Counted from the stretch's first letter, positions 46,338 to 57,636 are shown. The stretch is DNA of 64,000 bases from Candidatus Latescibacterota bacterium (GCA_964291625.2 OZ220089.1:4096001-4160000), one strand, 5' to 3'. The notes: generated by a model not told the origin, from the letters alone. Made by a program: numbers and translations.

Positions 46338-48740
46338 ATGAAGATCACCCTGAACTGGCTGCGCGAGTACGTGGACATCGACTCGCCGCCCGAAGAGCTG
46401 GTCCACCGCCTGACCATGGCCGGCCTGGAGGCCGAGAGCGTCGAGGATCTGGGCGGGCGCCTGTCGGGCATCGTCGTCGGACGGGTGCTGGAGCGCGGCC
46501 CCCACCCGAAGGCCGACCGCCTGTCCGTCTGCCGGGTGGACGTGGGGCGCCCGGAACCGGCGCGGATCGTCTGCGGCGCTGCCAACGTGGCCGCCGGCCA
46601 GAAGGTTCCCGTGGTGCTGCCCGGGTGCGCCCTGCCGGACGGCACCCGCATCGAGAGGGTCGAGCTCCGGGGCGTCCTCTCCGAGGGCATGATCTGCTCC
46701 GAGGCCGAGCTCGGCCTCGGGGAGGATGAAGAGGGCATCATGGTGCTGCCCGAGGACTGCCGCACCGGCTCGCCGATGGCGGAGGCGGCGGGCCTGGACG
46801 ACATCGTCGTGGACTTCGAGGTCACCCCGAACCGGCCCGACTGTCTCAGCGTGGCGGGGATCGCCCGCGAGGTCGCCGCCCTGACCGGCGCCCGGCTCCG
46901 CCTGCCGGTCGCGGAGCTGTGCGAGAGCGGCGAGCCGGCGGCCCCCTCCACCCGGGTGGAGATCGAGGACCCCGAGGGCTGTCCCCGCTACGTGGCCCGA
47001 GTCCTGCGCCAGGTCGCCGTCGGCCCCTCGCCCCGGTGGCTGCAGGATCGGTTGCGGGCCGTCGGCCAGCGCCCGGTGAACAACATCGTCGACGTGACGA
47101 ACTTCGTCATGCTCGAGCTCGGCCAGCCGCTCCACGCCTTCGACCTGCAGCGGCTGGAGGAAGGCCGCATCGTCGTCCGCGGGGCCCGCGCCGGCGAGAC
47201 CTTGCGGACCCTCGACGGCAAAGACCACCAACTCGACGCCTCGGCCCTCGTCATCGCCGACGCCAGCCGTCCCGTGGCCCTGGCCGGGGTCATGGGGGGC
47301 GCCGATTCGGAGGTCACCGAAGGGACCACGGAGGTGTTGCTCGAAGCCGCTCACTTCGACCCGCCGCGGGTGCGCAGCCTCTCCTCTCGCCTCGGCATCC
47401 GGACCGAGGCCTCCTTCCGCTTCGAGCGCGGCGTCGACTGGGACCTTCCGGCGGCGGCCAGCGCCCGCGCCGCCGCCCTGATGGCGGAGACCGCAGGCGC
47501 CCGGCCCGCCCCCGGATGCATCGATGCGATGCCCGCCGGCCTCCATCGGCGCAGCATCCGGCTGCGTCCGTCCAGGGCCGCCTCGCTGCTGGCCGTCGAC
47601 ATCGGCCCCGCCCGGTGCGGGCGGATCCTCGAGAGCCTGGGCTGCACGGTGAGCGAGGGAGGCGCGGGGGTCCTGCAAGTGGAGGCCCCGTCCTTCCGGC
47701 CCGACCTCGAGCGCGAGATCGACCTCGTGGAGGAGGTGGGCAGGATCCACGGGTATGAGGAAGTACCGGCCCGGAGCCAGCTGCGGGGTCCGTTCCCCGG
47801 CCCGGCGGGAGGGGGCTACGACGGCCAGCGCCGAGTCCGCCGGCTGCTCACGGCGGCGGGACTGGACGAGGCCGTCACCTCCAGCATCGTCGCCGACGAC
47901 TGGGCGGAACTGGGCGGGCCCGTCGTCTGCCGGCTCGCCAACCCTCCCGCCCAGGGTGTGTCCAGCCTGCGCACGAGCCTGTTGCCGGGGCTGCTCGACG
48001 TGGCCCGGAGAAACTTCCATCAGCGCGCCCCGGGCGTGGGGCTCTTCGAGATCGGACGGGTCTTCACCGCCGCCGACGGCGGCGGCCACCGCGAGACCCT
48101 GCGGGCGTGCGGTCTGCTCGCCGGCAGGGCCTCGGCCTCCACCTGGCGGGCCGAACAGCGGGAGGTGGATCTCCTCGACCTCAAGGGGGTGGTCGAGGGC
48201 CTCCTGCAGGGGATCGACGGGATCGGCTTCGAACCCGCGGAGGGCTCTCCCTGGCGCGCGGGGCATGGGGCCCGCATCCGCCTCGGTGACCACATCCTGG
48301 GGGCCTTGGGGCAGGTCGACCCCGCCATCGGGGCCGGCTTTGATCTCGATCGGCACACCTATATCTTTGAACTTGAGCTTTCACAGCTCTTCGACGCCTG
48401 GGCGCAGCGGTCCTCCGCCTTCCGCCCGCTCCCCAGGTTCCCCGCGGTCGAACGCGACTTGGCGGTGGTCCTCGACGAGGGCGTTCCCGCCGGGCAGGTG
48501 GCGGCCGCGATCCGGGCGGCGGCCCCCGATCTCGTGGAGCGTGTCGACCTGTTCGACGTCTACAAGGGGGACCAGGTCGAGGCGGGCAAGCGGAGCCTCG
48601 CCTTCTCCCTGCGGCTGAGATCGGCGGAACGGACACTCGAGGACGGCGATGCCGACAAGGTCCTGGAAGACGCCCTCGAACGTCTGCGGGGGGCTTTCGG
48701 GGCACGACTGAGACAGACAGGGACACAGGGGAGACCATGA
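46338..48740 (+). CDS. pheT: Phenylalanine--tRNA ligase beta subunit
   Basis: IVCGAAN, SEGMICS, TPNRPD, GQPLHAFD, FERGVD, C-terminal FDX-ACB domain. Confidence 0.98.
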   Translation: MKITLNWLREYVDIDSPPEELVHRLTMAGLEAESVEDLGGRLSGIVVGRVLERGPHPKADRLSVCRVDVGRPEPARIVCGAANVAAGQKVPVVLPGCALPDGTRIERVELRGVLSEGMICSEAELGLGEDEEGIMVLPEDCRTGSPMAEAAGLDDIVVDFEVTPNRPDCLSVAGIAREVAALTGARLRLPVAELCESGEPAAPSTRVEIEDPEGCPRYVARVLRQVAVGPSPRWLQDRLRAVGQRPVNNIVDVTNFVMLELGQPLHAFDLQRLEEGRIVVRGARAGETLRTLDGKDHQLDASALVIADASRPVALAGVMGGADSEVTEGTTEVLLEAAHFDPPRVRSLSSRLGIRTEASFRFERGVDWDLPAAASARAAALMAETAGARPAPGCIDAMPAGLHRRSIRLRPSRAASLLAVDIGPARCGRILESLGCTVSEGGAGVLQVEAPSFRPDLEREIDLVEEVGRIHGYEEVPARSQLRGPFPGPAGGGYDGQRRVRRLLTAAGLDEAVTSSIVADDWAELGGPVVCRLANPPAQGVSSLRTSLLPGLLDVARRNFHQRAPGVGLFEIGRVFTAADGGGHRETLRACGLLAGRASASTWRAEQREVDLLDLKGVVEGLLQGIDGIGFEPAEGSPWRAGHGARIRLGDHILGALGQVDPAIGAGFDLDRHTYIFELELSQLFDAWAQRSSAFRPLPRFPAVERDLAVVLDEGVPAGQVAAAIRAAAPDLVERVDLFDVYKGDQVEAGKRSLAFSLRLRSAERTLEDGDADKVLEDALERLRGAFGARLRQTGTQGRP

Positions 48741-48991
48741 CCGAGCACGTGGACGGCAATTTCCAGCGCCTGGAGGATGAGGTGAACCGCCTCCTGGAGG
48801 TACTCGAGCAGTTCCGTACCGAGAACGCGACCTTGCGCGGGCAGGCCGCCGAGGCCCGGCAACAGATCGAAGGGTTGCAGACCCGCCTGAGCGAGGCGGA
48901 GGAGGAGCAGCGCCAGTCGACGGAGCGCAACCGGCAGGCGAAGGAACGCCTCGAATGCCTGTTGTCCCGCCTCGAGGCCGTGGATTCCTGA
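48737..48991 (+). CDS. Coiled-coil cell division protein (ZapB-like)
   Basis: All-coiled-coil 84 aa protein between pheT and zapA. Confidence 0.7.
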   Translation: MTEHVDGNFQRLEDEVNRLLEVLEQFRTENATLRGQAAEARQQIEGLQTRLSEAEEEQRQSTERNRQAKERLECLLSRLEAVDS

Positions 48992-48998
48992 GACCGCG

Positions 48999-49346
48999 AT
49001 GGCGCCCGCCGTCCGCACGATCAAGGTCGCCATCCTGGGCCGTCAGTACACCTTCGCCTCCCGGGGCGAGGAGACGGATCTCCACATCCAGAAGGTGGCC
49101 GAGCTCGTGGACGCCAAGATGCGCGAGGTCCAGTACGACGGCAGCACGCCGATCCAGACGGCGGTGCTGGCCGGCCTCGAGCTGATCGACGAGCTGCTGC
49201 ACCTGCAGGACGAGGTCTCCAACGTGGAGGCCGACCTCTCCGAGCGCACCCACCGCCTCACCGAGTCCCTCGGACGCATCTTCCGCGACGCCGAGGAGGT
49301 GACGCCGCGAGACTCCGGCGTCTCCACCTCCGGCAGCGAGGATTGA
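48999..49346 (+). CDS. zapA: Cell division protein ZapA
   Basis: KVAILGRQY, VAELVDAKMRE, AVLAGLEL. Confidence 0.88.
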   Translation: MAPAVRTIKVAILGRQYTFASRGEETDLHIQKVAELVDAKMREVQYDGSTPIQTAVLAGLELIDELLHLQDEVSNVEADLSERTHRLTESLGRIFRDAEEVTPRDSGVSTSGSED

Positions 49347-50926
49347 TGTCCGCGGGCCAGACGATCGTGGTCCTCGGGGCCGGGGTCCTCGCCCTGGCCG
49401 TGCTGGGGCTCGGCTTCATCTCCGGATGGCTGGTCAACAGCCGGCGCCGGGGAAACCGGCTCGGGTCCTCGCGCGAGGAGGGGGCGCGCATCCTCGAGGA
49501 GGCCCGGGCCGAGGCCGAGACCCTGAAGAAGACCGCCACCCTCGAGGCCAAGGACGAGTGGCGGCGCCAGCGCGAGCCCCTGGACCTCGACCTGGAGAAC
49601 GCCAGGCGCTCGCTGCGGCAGTTCGAGACCGATCTGCAGGAGCGGGAGCAACAACTCGACCGCAAGGTCGATGTCCTCGAGAGCAAGGAACGCAGCCTCC
49701 TCAAGACCGAGCAGGACCAGTCCCGGAGGGAGGAGTCGATCACGGCCGAGGAAGCCCGCGTCGGCGACATGACGCGGCAGCAGCGGCAGCGGCTCGAGGA
49801 GATCGCCGGCCTGAGCATGCCCGAGGCGCGCCGCCTCCTCATCGAGCAGCAGGAGGCGAGGGCGCGCCAGTACGCGGCGCGCAAGGTACGGCAGATCAAG
49901 GATCACGCCATCGCCAACGCCAACCGCGAGGCCAAGGAGATCATCGCCCGGTCGATCCAGCGCTTCGCCGGCCGGTTGGCCATGGAGAGCACGGTCTCCG
50001 ACGTCTCCCTGCCCTCCGACGACATGAAAGGCCGCATCATCGGGCGCGACGGCCGCAACATCCGTTCCTTCGACATGACCACCGGCGTCGAGGTCATCGT
50101 CGACGACACGCCCGGCGTGGTCATGCTCTCCAGCTTCGATCCCCTGCGCCGGGAGGTCGCCAAGAACACGTTGGAGAAGCTGATCCTCGACGGCCGCATT
50201 CACCCCGGCCGGATCGAGGAGGTCTACACCAAGTGCCAGGAGGACGCGGAGGAGCTGATTCGTGAGTCCGGTTCGCAGGCGGCCTTCGATCTCGGCATCC
50301 ACGACATGGCCGAGCCTCTTCTGGAGCACTTGGGAAAGCTGCGTTTCCGCACCAGCTACGGGCAGAACCTGCTGGTCCACAGCAAGGAGGTCGGGCTCCT
50401 GGCCGGCATGATGGCCGAGGAGCTCGACATGGATGTCGCCCTGGCGCGGCGCGCCGGCTTGCTCCACGACGTGGCCAAGGCCCTCGACCAGGAAGTCGGC
50501 TCCGATCCCGCCCAGGCCAGCGCGGCCCTGGCCCGCAAGTGCGGCGAGAGTTCCGAGGTGGTGGAGGTGATCGAGAACCAAGTCCCGCACCTGCCCGGCC
50601 GCTCGGCCCTGTCCATCCTCGTGGAGGCCGCCGACGAGATCTCCACCAACCGGCCCGGCGCCCTCAAGGGGAAGGTGGAGGACTACATCCGCCGCATGCA
50701 CAACATCGAGGAGATCGCCCTCGACCATCCAGGCGTGCAGCACGCCTTCGCGCTGCAGAACGGCCGGGAGGTCCGCGTCCTCGTGGACAGCGGTGCCGTC
50801 GACGACGCCTATGCCGACCAGCTCGCCGACGAGATCGCCGGCGACCTGGAGGAGGAACTCGGTCAGCACGGCCAGATCAGGGTCCTCGTCATCCGCGAGA
50901 TCCGCGCCGTCCACTTCGCCCGCTAG
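49346..50926 (+). CDS. rny: Ribonuclease Y
   Basis: N-terminal TM, coiled coil, KH motif MKGRIIGRDGRNIR, DGRIHPGRIEE, RTSYGQN, LLHD. Confidence 0.95.
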   Translation: MSAGQTIVVLGAGVLALAVLGLGFISGWLVNSRRRGNRLGSSREEGARILEEARAEAETLKKTATLEAKDEWRRQREPLDLDLENARRSLRQFETDLQEREQQLDRKVDVLESKERSLLKTEQDQSRREESITAEEARVGDMTRQQRQRLEEIAGLSMPEARRLLIEQQEARARQYAARKVRQIKDHAIANANREAKEIIARSIQRFAGRLAMESTVSDVSLPSDDMKGRIIGRDGRNIRSFDMTTGVEVIVDDTPGVVMLSSFDPLRREVAKNTLEKLILDGRIHPGRIEEVYTKCQEDAEELIRESGSQAAFDLGIHDMAEPLLEHLGKLRFRTSYGQNLLVHSKEVGLLAGMMAEELDMDVALARRAGLLHDVAKALDQEVGSDPAQASAALARKCGESSEVVEVIENQVPHLPGRSALSILVEAADEISTNRPGALKGKVEDYIRRMHNIEEIALDHPGVQHAFALQNGREVRVLVDSGAVDDAYADQLADEIAGDLEEELGQHGQIRVLVIREIRAVHFAR

Positions 50927-51039
50927 GCCGCCGGACCGAGGGAACTCGCAGCACTACGGGACCGGTGCTTACCTTTCCGGTTCTCCATCACCGATGTCCG
51001 ACCGCGGGTGCGCCCGCACCCGACCGGCAGGGACTTCGC

Positions 51040-51855
51040 TTGAGAATCCTCTTCGTCGCCGACATCTACGCCCGCCCCGGCCGCCGGGCCGCGGCCGAGT
51101 TCATCCCGAAGCTGATCCAGGAGCGGGACGTGCAGTTCTGCATCGCCAACGGCGAGAACGCCGCGGGCGGCTTCGGCCTGACCGACAACATCCGGCGCAA
51201 GCTCCACGCCTACGGCGTCGACGTGATCACCTCGGGAAACCACATCTGGAACCGGGCCGACTTCGTCGGCCGGCTGGACACCCTCGACCGGGTTCTGCGG
51301 CCCCTGAACTACCCCGGGGCGGCCCCCGGGTGCGGATCGACCGTCGCCGAGGCGCGCAACGGGCTGCCGGTGGCCGTCGTCAACCTGCAGGGGCGCACCT
51401 TCATGCCCGCCATCGATTGCCCCTTCGCCCGCGGGCGGGCCGAGGTCGACCGGCTGAGGGGACGGACGCCGGTCGTGTTCGTCGACTTCCACGCCGAAGC
51501 CACGGCGGAGAAGATCGCCCTCGGCTACCATCTCGACGGCCGTGCGTCGGCGGTCATCGGGACCCACACCCACGTGCAGACCGCCGACGAGCGCCTCCTT
51601 CCGGGGGGCACGGCCTACCTGACGGACGCCGGCATGACGGGGGTGCGCGAATCGGTCATCGGAACCCGCCGCGAGATCGCCGTTCGGCGGTTCCTCGACC
51701 AGGTGCCGGCGCGCTTCAAGCCGGCCGATGGGGTGCCCTGGTTCTGCGGCGCCCTGATCGAGGTGGACGACGCCAGCGGCATGGCCACCGGGATCGAGCG
51801 CCTTCAGATCCCCCTCACGGGCGCCGGCTCCGCCGACGTGGGGCACGAGGACTGA
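51040..51855 (+). CDS. ymdB: TIGR00282/YmdB metallophosphoesterase
   Basis: ANGENAAGG, TSGNH, VDFHAEATAEK, GTHTHVQTAD. Confidence 0.93.
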   Translation: MRILFVADIYARPGRRAAAEFIPKLIQERDVQFCIANGENAAGGFGLTDNIRRKLHAYGVDVITSGNHIWNRADFVGRLDTLDRVLRPLNYPGAAPGCGSTVAEARNGLPVAVVNLQGRTFMPAIDCPFARGRAEVDRLRGRTPVVFVDFHAEATAEKIALGYHLDGRASAVIGTHTHVQTADERLLPGGTAYLTDAGMTGVRESVIGTRREIAVRRFLDQVPARFKPADGVPWFCGALIEVDDASGMATGIERLQIPLTGAGSADVGHED

Positions 51856-51856
51856 G

Positions 51857-53077
51857 ATGAGCGGCGCCTCCGAGGCCTTCGCCGGCCCCCTCAGCGTCTC
51901 CGACGTCACCGCCCGCGTCCGCCAGGCCCTGGAGGAGGCCCTGCCGTTCTGCTGGGTGGAGGGCGAGATCTCGGAGCTGGCCCGGCCGGCTTCCGGGCAC
52001 ATCTACATGAGCCTCGCCGACGAGCGCAGCCAGCTCGGCTGCGTGATGTTCCGCTCCTACGCCTCGCAGCTCCGGTTCGATCCGGAGCCGGGGATGAAGG
52101 TCCTCGCCTACGGGAACCTCTCCGTGTACGAGCGCGGTGGACGCTACCAGTTCTACGTCTACCGCCTGCGCCCCTCCGGCGTCGGCGAGATGGCCCTGGC
52201 CTTCGAGGAGCTGCGCGCGCGCCTGGCGGAGGAGGGGCTCTTCGAAGCGCGGCACAAGCGCCCCCTGCCGGACTATCCCCGCGCCGTGGGCGTCGTCACC
52301 TCGCCGACGGGGGCCGCCATCCGCGACATCGTGCAGGTCCTGCGGCGCCGGGCCCCCGGCCTCCCCGTGGTGCTGGCGCCGGCGCGCGTCCAGGGAGCGG
52401 GCTCGCCGGGCGAGATCGCCGCCGCCGTCGAGCGGCTCAATCGCTTCGGAGGCGTCGACGTCGTCATCGTCGGCCGCGGCGGGGGCTCGCCGGAGGATCT
52501 GTGGCCGTTCAATGACGAAGGCGTGGCCCGGGCGATCTATTCGTCGGCCCTTCCCGTGGTGACCGCCGTGGGCCACGAGATCGACCACACCATCGCCGAT
52601 TACGTGGCCGACGTGCGCGCCTCCACGCCTTCGGTGGCGGCCGAGCTGGTCACGCGTGAGCGCGTCCTCCTGCGGGAGCGTCTCGACGACCGGCGCGGGC
52701 GGCTGCTGCGGGCGGTGCAGGCGCGCCTGGATCACAACCGCCGGCGCCTCGAGGGGTTGCGCCCCGCCCGGCTGGCCGTCCGCCTGGCCGATGGCGTCGA
52801 CCAGCGGTCCCAGAGCCTCGACGAGTCCCGCGCCCGGCTGGCGGCAGCCCTCGACAGCTGCCTGGGTTCCCACCGCGACCGCTTCGATCGGTCCCTGCTG
52901 CGCCTCGACGCGCGCAACCCCCTGCGCAGCCTCGCCGGCGGATTCGCCTATTGCCAGCGCGAGCGCGACGGCCGCAGGGTGCGCGCGGCCGCCGAGCTGC
53001 AGCCGGGGGAGCGCCTGCGCCTGCGCTTCGCCGAGGGAGCGGCGCGATGCCAGGTGGAGGAGGTGGAGAGAGAGTGA
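51857..53077 (+). CDS. xseA: Exodeoxyribonuclease VII large subunit
   Basis: WVEGEIS, SGHIY, TSPTGAAIRD, RGGGSPEDL, GHEID. Confidence 0.96.
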   Translation: MSGASEAFAGPLSVSDVTARVRQALEEALPFCWVEGEISELARPASGHIYMSLADERSQLGCVMFRSYASQLRFDPEPGMKVLAYGNLSVYERGGRYQFYVYRLRPSGVGEMALAFEELRARLAEEGLFEARHKRPLPDYPRAVGVVTSPTGAAIRDIVQVLRRRAPGLPVVLAPARVQGAGSPGEIAAAVERLNRFGGVDVVIVGRGGGSPEDLWPFNDEGVARAIYSSALPVVTAVGHEIDHTIADYVADVRASTPSVAAELVTRERVLLRERLDDRRGRLLRAVQARLDHNRRRLEGLRPARLAVRLADGVDQRSQSLDESRARLAAALDSCLGSHRDRFDRSLLRLDARNPLRSLAGGFAYCQRERDGRRVRAAAELQPGERLRLRFAEGAARCQVEEVERE

Positions 53078-53355
53078 GCAGCGACAACCGGGATTCCGCC
53101 TCCAGCTTCGAGGCGGCCATGGAGCAGCTGGAGGACTGCGTCGCCCGCCTCGAGTCGGGGGAGCTCGGTCTCGACGAGTCCCTGGAGGTCTTCGAGCGCG
53201 GCATCGCCGCGTCCCGGGCCTGTGCCCGGCTGCTGGACGAGACGCGCAAGCGCGTCCAGGTGCTGGTGGAGAAGGCCGGCGGCGACTTTCAGCTGGGTTT
53301 CCTCGACGCCGAGGGCGAGGCCGCCCTCGGCGGGGACCCCGGCGATGACGCCTGA
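53074..53355 (+). CDS. xseB: Exodeoxyribonuclease VII small subunit
   Basis: SFEAAMEQLEDCVARLESGELGLDESLEVFERG. Confidence 0.95.
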   Translation: MSSDNRDSASSFEAAMEQLEDCVARLESGELGLDESLEVFERGIAASRACARLLDETRKRVQVLVEKAGGDFQLGFLDAEGEAALGGDPGDDA

Positions 53356-53373
53356 TCCGGGCGCCGCCGCGCC

Positions 53374-53919
53374 ATGCTCGCCAATGCCCTGAGCCTGCTG
53401 CGCATCGCCCTGGCGCCGGTGGTCCTCTACAGCCTCCGCGAGGACGGCGGCCAGGCCGGCCTGGGCACCCTGGCCCTCCTCGGCCTCGCCGGAGCGACCG
53501 ATCTCCTCGACGGCATCGCCGCCCGCCGCCTCGGCCAGGTCTCCCGCCTGGGGCGGATCCTCGACCCGGTGGCGGACAAGATCCTCATCCTCTCCGTGTG
53601 CGCCGCCCTCGTCGCCTGGCGGTCTTTCCCGGCGTGGCTGCTGCTGCTGCAACTGGCGAGGGATGCCGCCATCCTCGGGGCCGGCGCTTTCCTGCTGCGC
53701 CGCCGCCGCGTCATGAGCCCGAGCCTGGCGGGAAAGGCGGCGATGTGGGCGATGTTCCTGACGGTCCTGGCGTACATGGCCGCGCCGGGAGAACCGCCCA
53801 TCTCCTCGTGGCTCCAGGGGATCACCGCCGGCCTGCTGCTGCTGTCGGCGATGGGATACGCCCGTCGGCTGATCGCCTTCCTGCGGGAGGCGGACCCCGG
53901 GGCGGAACCTGTCCGCTGA
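53374..53919 (+). CDS. CDP-alcohol phosphatidyltransferase (PgsA-like)
   Basis: NALSLLR, TDLLDGIAARR...GRILDPVADK. Confidence 0.92.
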   Translation: MLANALSLLRIALAPVVLYSLREDGGQAGLGTLALLGLAGATDLLDGIAARRLGQVSRLGRILDPVADKILILSVCAALVAWRSFPAWLLLLQLARDAAILGAGAFLLRRRRVMSPSLAGKAAMWAMFLTVLAYMAAPGEPPISSWLQGITAGLLLLSAMGYARRLIAFLREADPGAEPVR

Positions 53920-54072
53920 CTCAGTTCGGCCGTACGAGGCGGCGCCAGAACCGGGCCGCCTCGGCCAGCTTCCTCCGCTCCGAGAGCAGGCGCAGCATCT
54001 CCACGACCTTCAAGCGCAGGGCCAGCTTCCGCAGGTCGACTCCGGACAAGGCCGCTTCCCCTTCCGCCGGCC

Positions 54073-57000
54073 TCAGTCGAAGAGGCGCGTCTGCGTGAGC
54101 CGCTCTCCGGCGGAGAGCAGGTCCGAGGGGAAGAACCCCAGCCCGAAGTAGTAGCGCCACTTGTCGATCTTCGGCGGTGCGTCGGGGTCCCCGGGATCGA
54201 GTCCCAGCTCCCTGGCCGCCTCCCGCTGCAACCGGTCCCGGCTCAGGGGATGGGCCACCTGCACGTACGCCCGCAGGGGGATCTGGTAGCTGGTGAACAA
54301 CTCGACGCGCAACTCGGCGCCCACGTCGGACAGGTAGTCCTCCTCGATGACTCGCAGGAAGTCGCTCACCGCGTTGCGGGGATCGAGATCGAGGTCGCCG
54401 AGGGAGAGGGAGTTGTCGCTGGAGACCATGCCGGTCTCGGCGAAGATCTCGGCGTAGGCCTTGGCGAAGGTGAAGTTGAGGAAGCTCGCGTTCATCCGGC
54501 GCAGGATCGGGAAGCTGTACGCGGCCCTCCCGTACAGGAGCTTGGACCCCGAGCGGAAGAAGTAGGGATAGCCGCTGAGGAAGTTCTGGCCGCCGATGTA
54601 GTAGCGCAGGGGCCAGTAGAAACGGCCCTCGAAGGGCCCCCCTCCCGCCACGAACCCCGGCTTCAGCCGGAAGTTGTGGTAGGCTCCGAGGACCTCCAGG
54701 GACAGCCGGTTGTAGAACGGCAGGCCGATGCGCTCGGTGTATGAGAAGACGTACTCGTTGAGCGTCACGGGGCGCCGTTTGGCGTCGAAGATGTCGAAGG
54801 GCGTGTCCAGCAGCGCGGACTGCTCGTCCAGATCGTACAGGGAGTCGGCGAGGGCCGCCTTCCGGTAGCGGTAGACCAGGGTCGCGGCGCGGCCCGGTGG
54901 GGTTGATCAGGTAGTCCTTGGTCGGCTTCAGGTGGCGATGGCGCCAGACGAGGCTCAGGTCGTGGGCGTCGAAGAAGTCGAGCCCCCGGTACCAGGTGTG
55001 GGGGTCGTCCGGACCGATGAGCAGCGAGTCCTGCTTGACCAGCTCGGGGGGCAGGGAACCGGAGATGTCGGTGCTGTCCTGGACGATGAAGGTCTGGTAC
55101 TGGTAGCGGCGCCGCTCGAGGTCCCAGCTCTCGGAGTAGTCCCGCCGCAGGTACTGCAGGATGAACTCGTGGCGCCGCCCGAGGGGCACCTCGAGGCCGA
55201 AGCCGCTGAGGTTGAAGACGTCCTTGAAGAGGTTCTTCCGGGTCTCGATATCGTAGATGTGCCGGGACGCGTCGGGGATGAGGAAGGCCGTGGAGTCGCT
55301 GGTCACGGCGTAGACGGTCCCCGGCGCGAGGACGGTGTCCCGTCTCGACTCGGTGCTGATGACGTAGTCGATCTCGCGCCTGCGGGCGAAGGCGTACATG
55401 GAGGGGTTGAAGGCCAGGTTGTTGCCCTGGGCGGGAAAGAGCCGGCGCTCGTAGAGCAGCAGGAGGTCGGTGTTGAGGTCGGTCCTTCTGCGGAAGTTCT
55501 TGCCGAGGATCCCCTGGGCCATGAAGTCCCCGCCGAAGACGTCGGTGGTCAGGAGGAAGGCGCCGGCGCTGACCTGGTTGAGGCCGAACTGGTTGCCGAT
55601 GAAGGTCGGACCCACCTGCAGCAAGGGGACGAAGTCGTACAGGCGGCGCCCGTAGGGCTGGGTGATGGTGTACTCCTCGGACAGCTTGGGCAGCTCGACC
55701 TTGCTCTGGTAGTCCCGCCGAAGCGGCGCGGGCCAGGCCACCTCGCGCTCGAAGGCGCCGAGCTCGAAGGCGCGCAGGTCGAAGTCGTTGGCGTGGTAGC
55801 CGGCGTAGGCCACGCGGCCGTCGGCGGAGACGGTGGGCGTGAAGGCGCCGCCCACGACGTTGGTGATCTGCACCACGCCGCCGGAGGCGAGGTCGTGGCG
55901 GTACAGGTTGAAGATGCCGGTGCGGTCCGAGGAGAAGACGAAGCCGCTGCCGTCGGGCAGCCACCAGGGGTCGCGCTCGTCGGACCGCGAGGCCAGGACC
56001 AGGCGGAAACCGGAGGAGTCGGCCGGGGGGTAGTTGAGACTGTCGGACCATGCGCCACCGTTGCCGGCGGCCCCGGAATCGGCGGCGGCGCTGTCGGCGG
56101 CGGCCGGGCCCCGGCCCTTGAGCTTGCGGTCGCGCAGTCCCCAGTCCTTGGGCTTGGCCGGGCTGTCGGCGCGCATCATGGCGATGTCCCGGTCCTGCCC
56201 CCGGAAGATGCTGAAGAGCAGCCACTCCCCGTCGGGCGACCAGCGCGGACTGTAGATCTGGGCGCCGTCCTCGAAGTCGGTGAGCTGTCGCAGCCCGGTG
56301 CCGTCCACCTCCATCAGGCAGAGGTTCGAGTTGCCGTCCCGCAGCCGGGTGAAGGCGACCTGCCTGCCGTCGGGGCTCACGTGGGGGTCGCGGGCCCGCA
56401 GCCGGGCGCTGAGCCGGTGCTCCTTCTCGGATCCGAGGTCGTACACGGCCAGGTCGTTGTGACCGCGGCGGTTGCGCAGGAAGTAGACCTTGTCGCCGTC
56501 GGGGGACCAGGAAACGCGCGTGTCCACCCAGCCCTTGAGGGAGCGGCGCTTGCCGGTATCGAGGTCGTAGATGATCAGCTGGGGGATGCGGTAGTCGCGG
56601 TCCTCGCTGCTGATGTAGGCCAGCTTGCGGCCGTCCGGCGAGTAGGCGGGGTGGTAGTCGAGGACGCCGCCGTTGACGTCGCCCAGGTCGGTGCCCTCGA
56701 AGAAGCCCTCGGTGAGGATCCCGTCGACCTGCTTGTCGTATTCCTCCCGCAGGAACCGCACCCAGTCGCGGTAGAGCTGGCCCGCCGACAGGCCCAGGAC
56801 CCGACGGATGGCGACTTCGAAGCTGAGAAAGCCCACGTGCTCCTGGAGTTCGTTCAGCTTGTCCCGGCCGTACTGGTGGGCGATGTAGATGCACAGGGCG
56901 AAGCCCTGGTTGTAGACCATCTCGGCGCGGTAGCCGCCGGTGCGGTTGCCGAGGGTCCCCAGCTCGTTGTAGCTGTGGAGGTCGTCCTCCAGCACCGCCA

Positions 57001-57568
57001 TGCGCAGGATCATGTCGCGGTGGGAGTCCCAGGTGTCCCAACCGAACTCGTAGGGACCCATCTGGGCGATGCCTTCGATCCACCACTTGGGGGTGTTCAG
57101 GTAATAGAGGGGAAAGCTGAAGGAGATGTCGGGGTTGGAGTCGAAGCGGCTGACCTGCACCAGGCCGAAGCGGAAGGGCCACTTCTTGCGCGCCTTGTCG
57201 ATGGTCATCACGTGGGTGATCTCGTGGGTGAGCACGTTGCGGATCCAGTCGTGCTCGCCGCGGATCTCCCAGTCGAGGTTGGAGGCCCAGATGTAGACGT
57301 CGTTGGTGTAGTCGGAGGCGGCGCCGTTGCCGTAGTCGGAGTCGTCGCGGACGCGGATGTGGATCGGCGCGTAGTCGTCGTAGTAGCCGAAGGCGGAGGC
57401 CAGGTGGGGGAAGACCTCCTCGGCGACCTCGGCCACGCGCCGGGCGGTGCGCTCGGTTCCGGGGGGGTAGGTGATGATGTAGTGATCGGTGCGGATGCTG
57501 CGCGACTGGGCGCCGGCGCCGACCGCGAGCAGAAGGACGGCGGCAGCCACCCGCAGGGAGGACTTCAA
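54073..57568 (-). CDS. Large secreted protein: gluzincin peptidase + TolB-like propeller + outer-membrane barrel; frameshift near 54895
   Basis: TTG start after AAAGG; THEITH and WIEG; repeated WSPDG; reading continues in another frame after NPTG (GRAATLVYRY...YFGLGFF). Confidence 0.8.
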
Positions 57569-57606
57569 GAAGCGGCCTACCTTTCTGGTTTTACTGGAGT
57601 TATAGG

Positions 57607-57636
57607 TCAATCTGGTCGGCTTCAATCTGGTCGGCT
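57607..57636. repeat. Perfect 15-bp tandem direct repeat
   Basis: TCAATCTGGTCGGCT x2. Confidence 0.9.

Noticed and set aside
49330-49350. 6S RNA expected between zapA and rny
   Set aside because: The genes overlap, leaving no room
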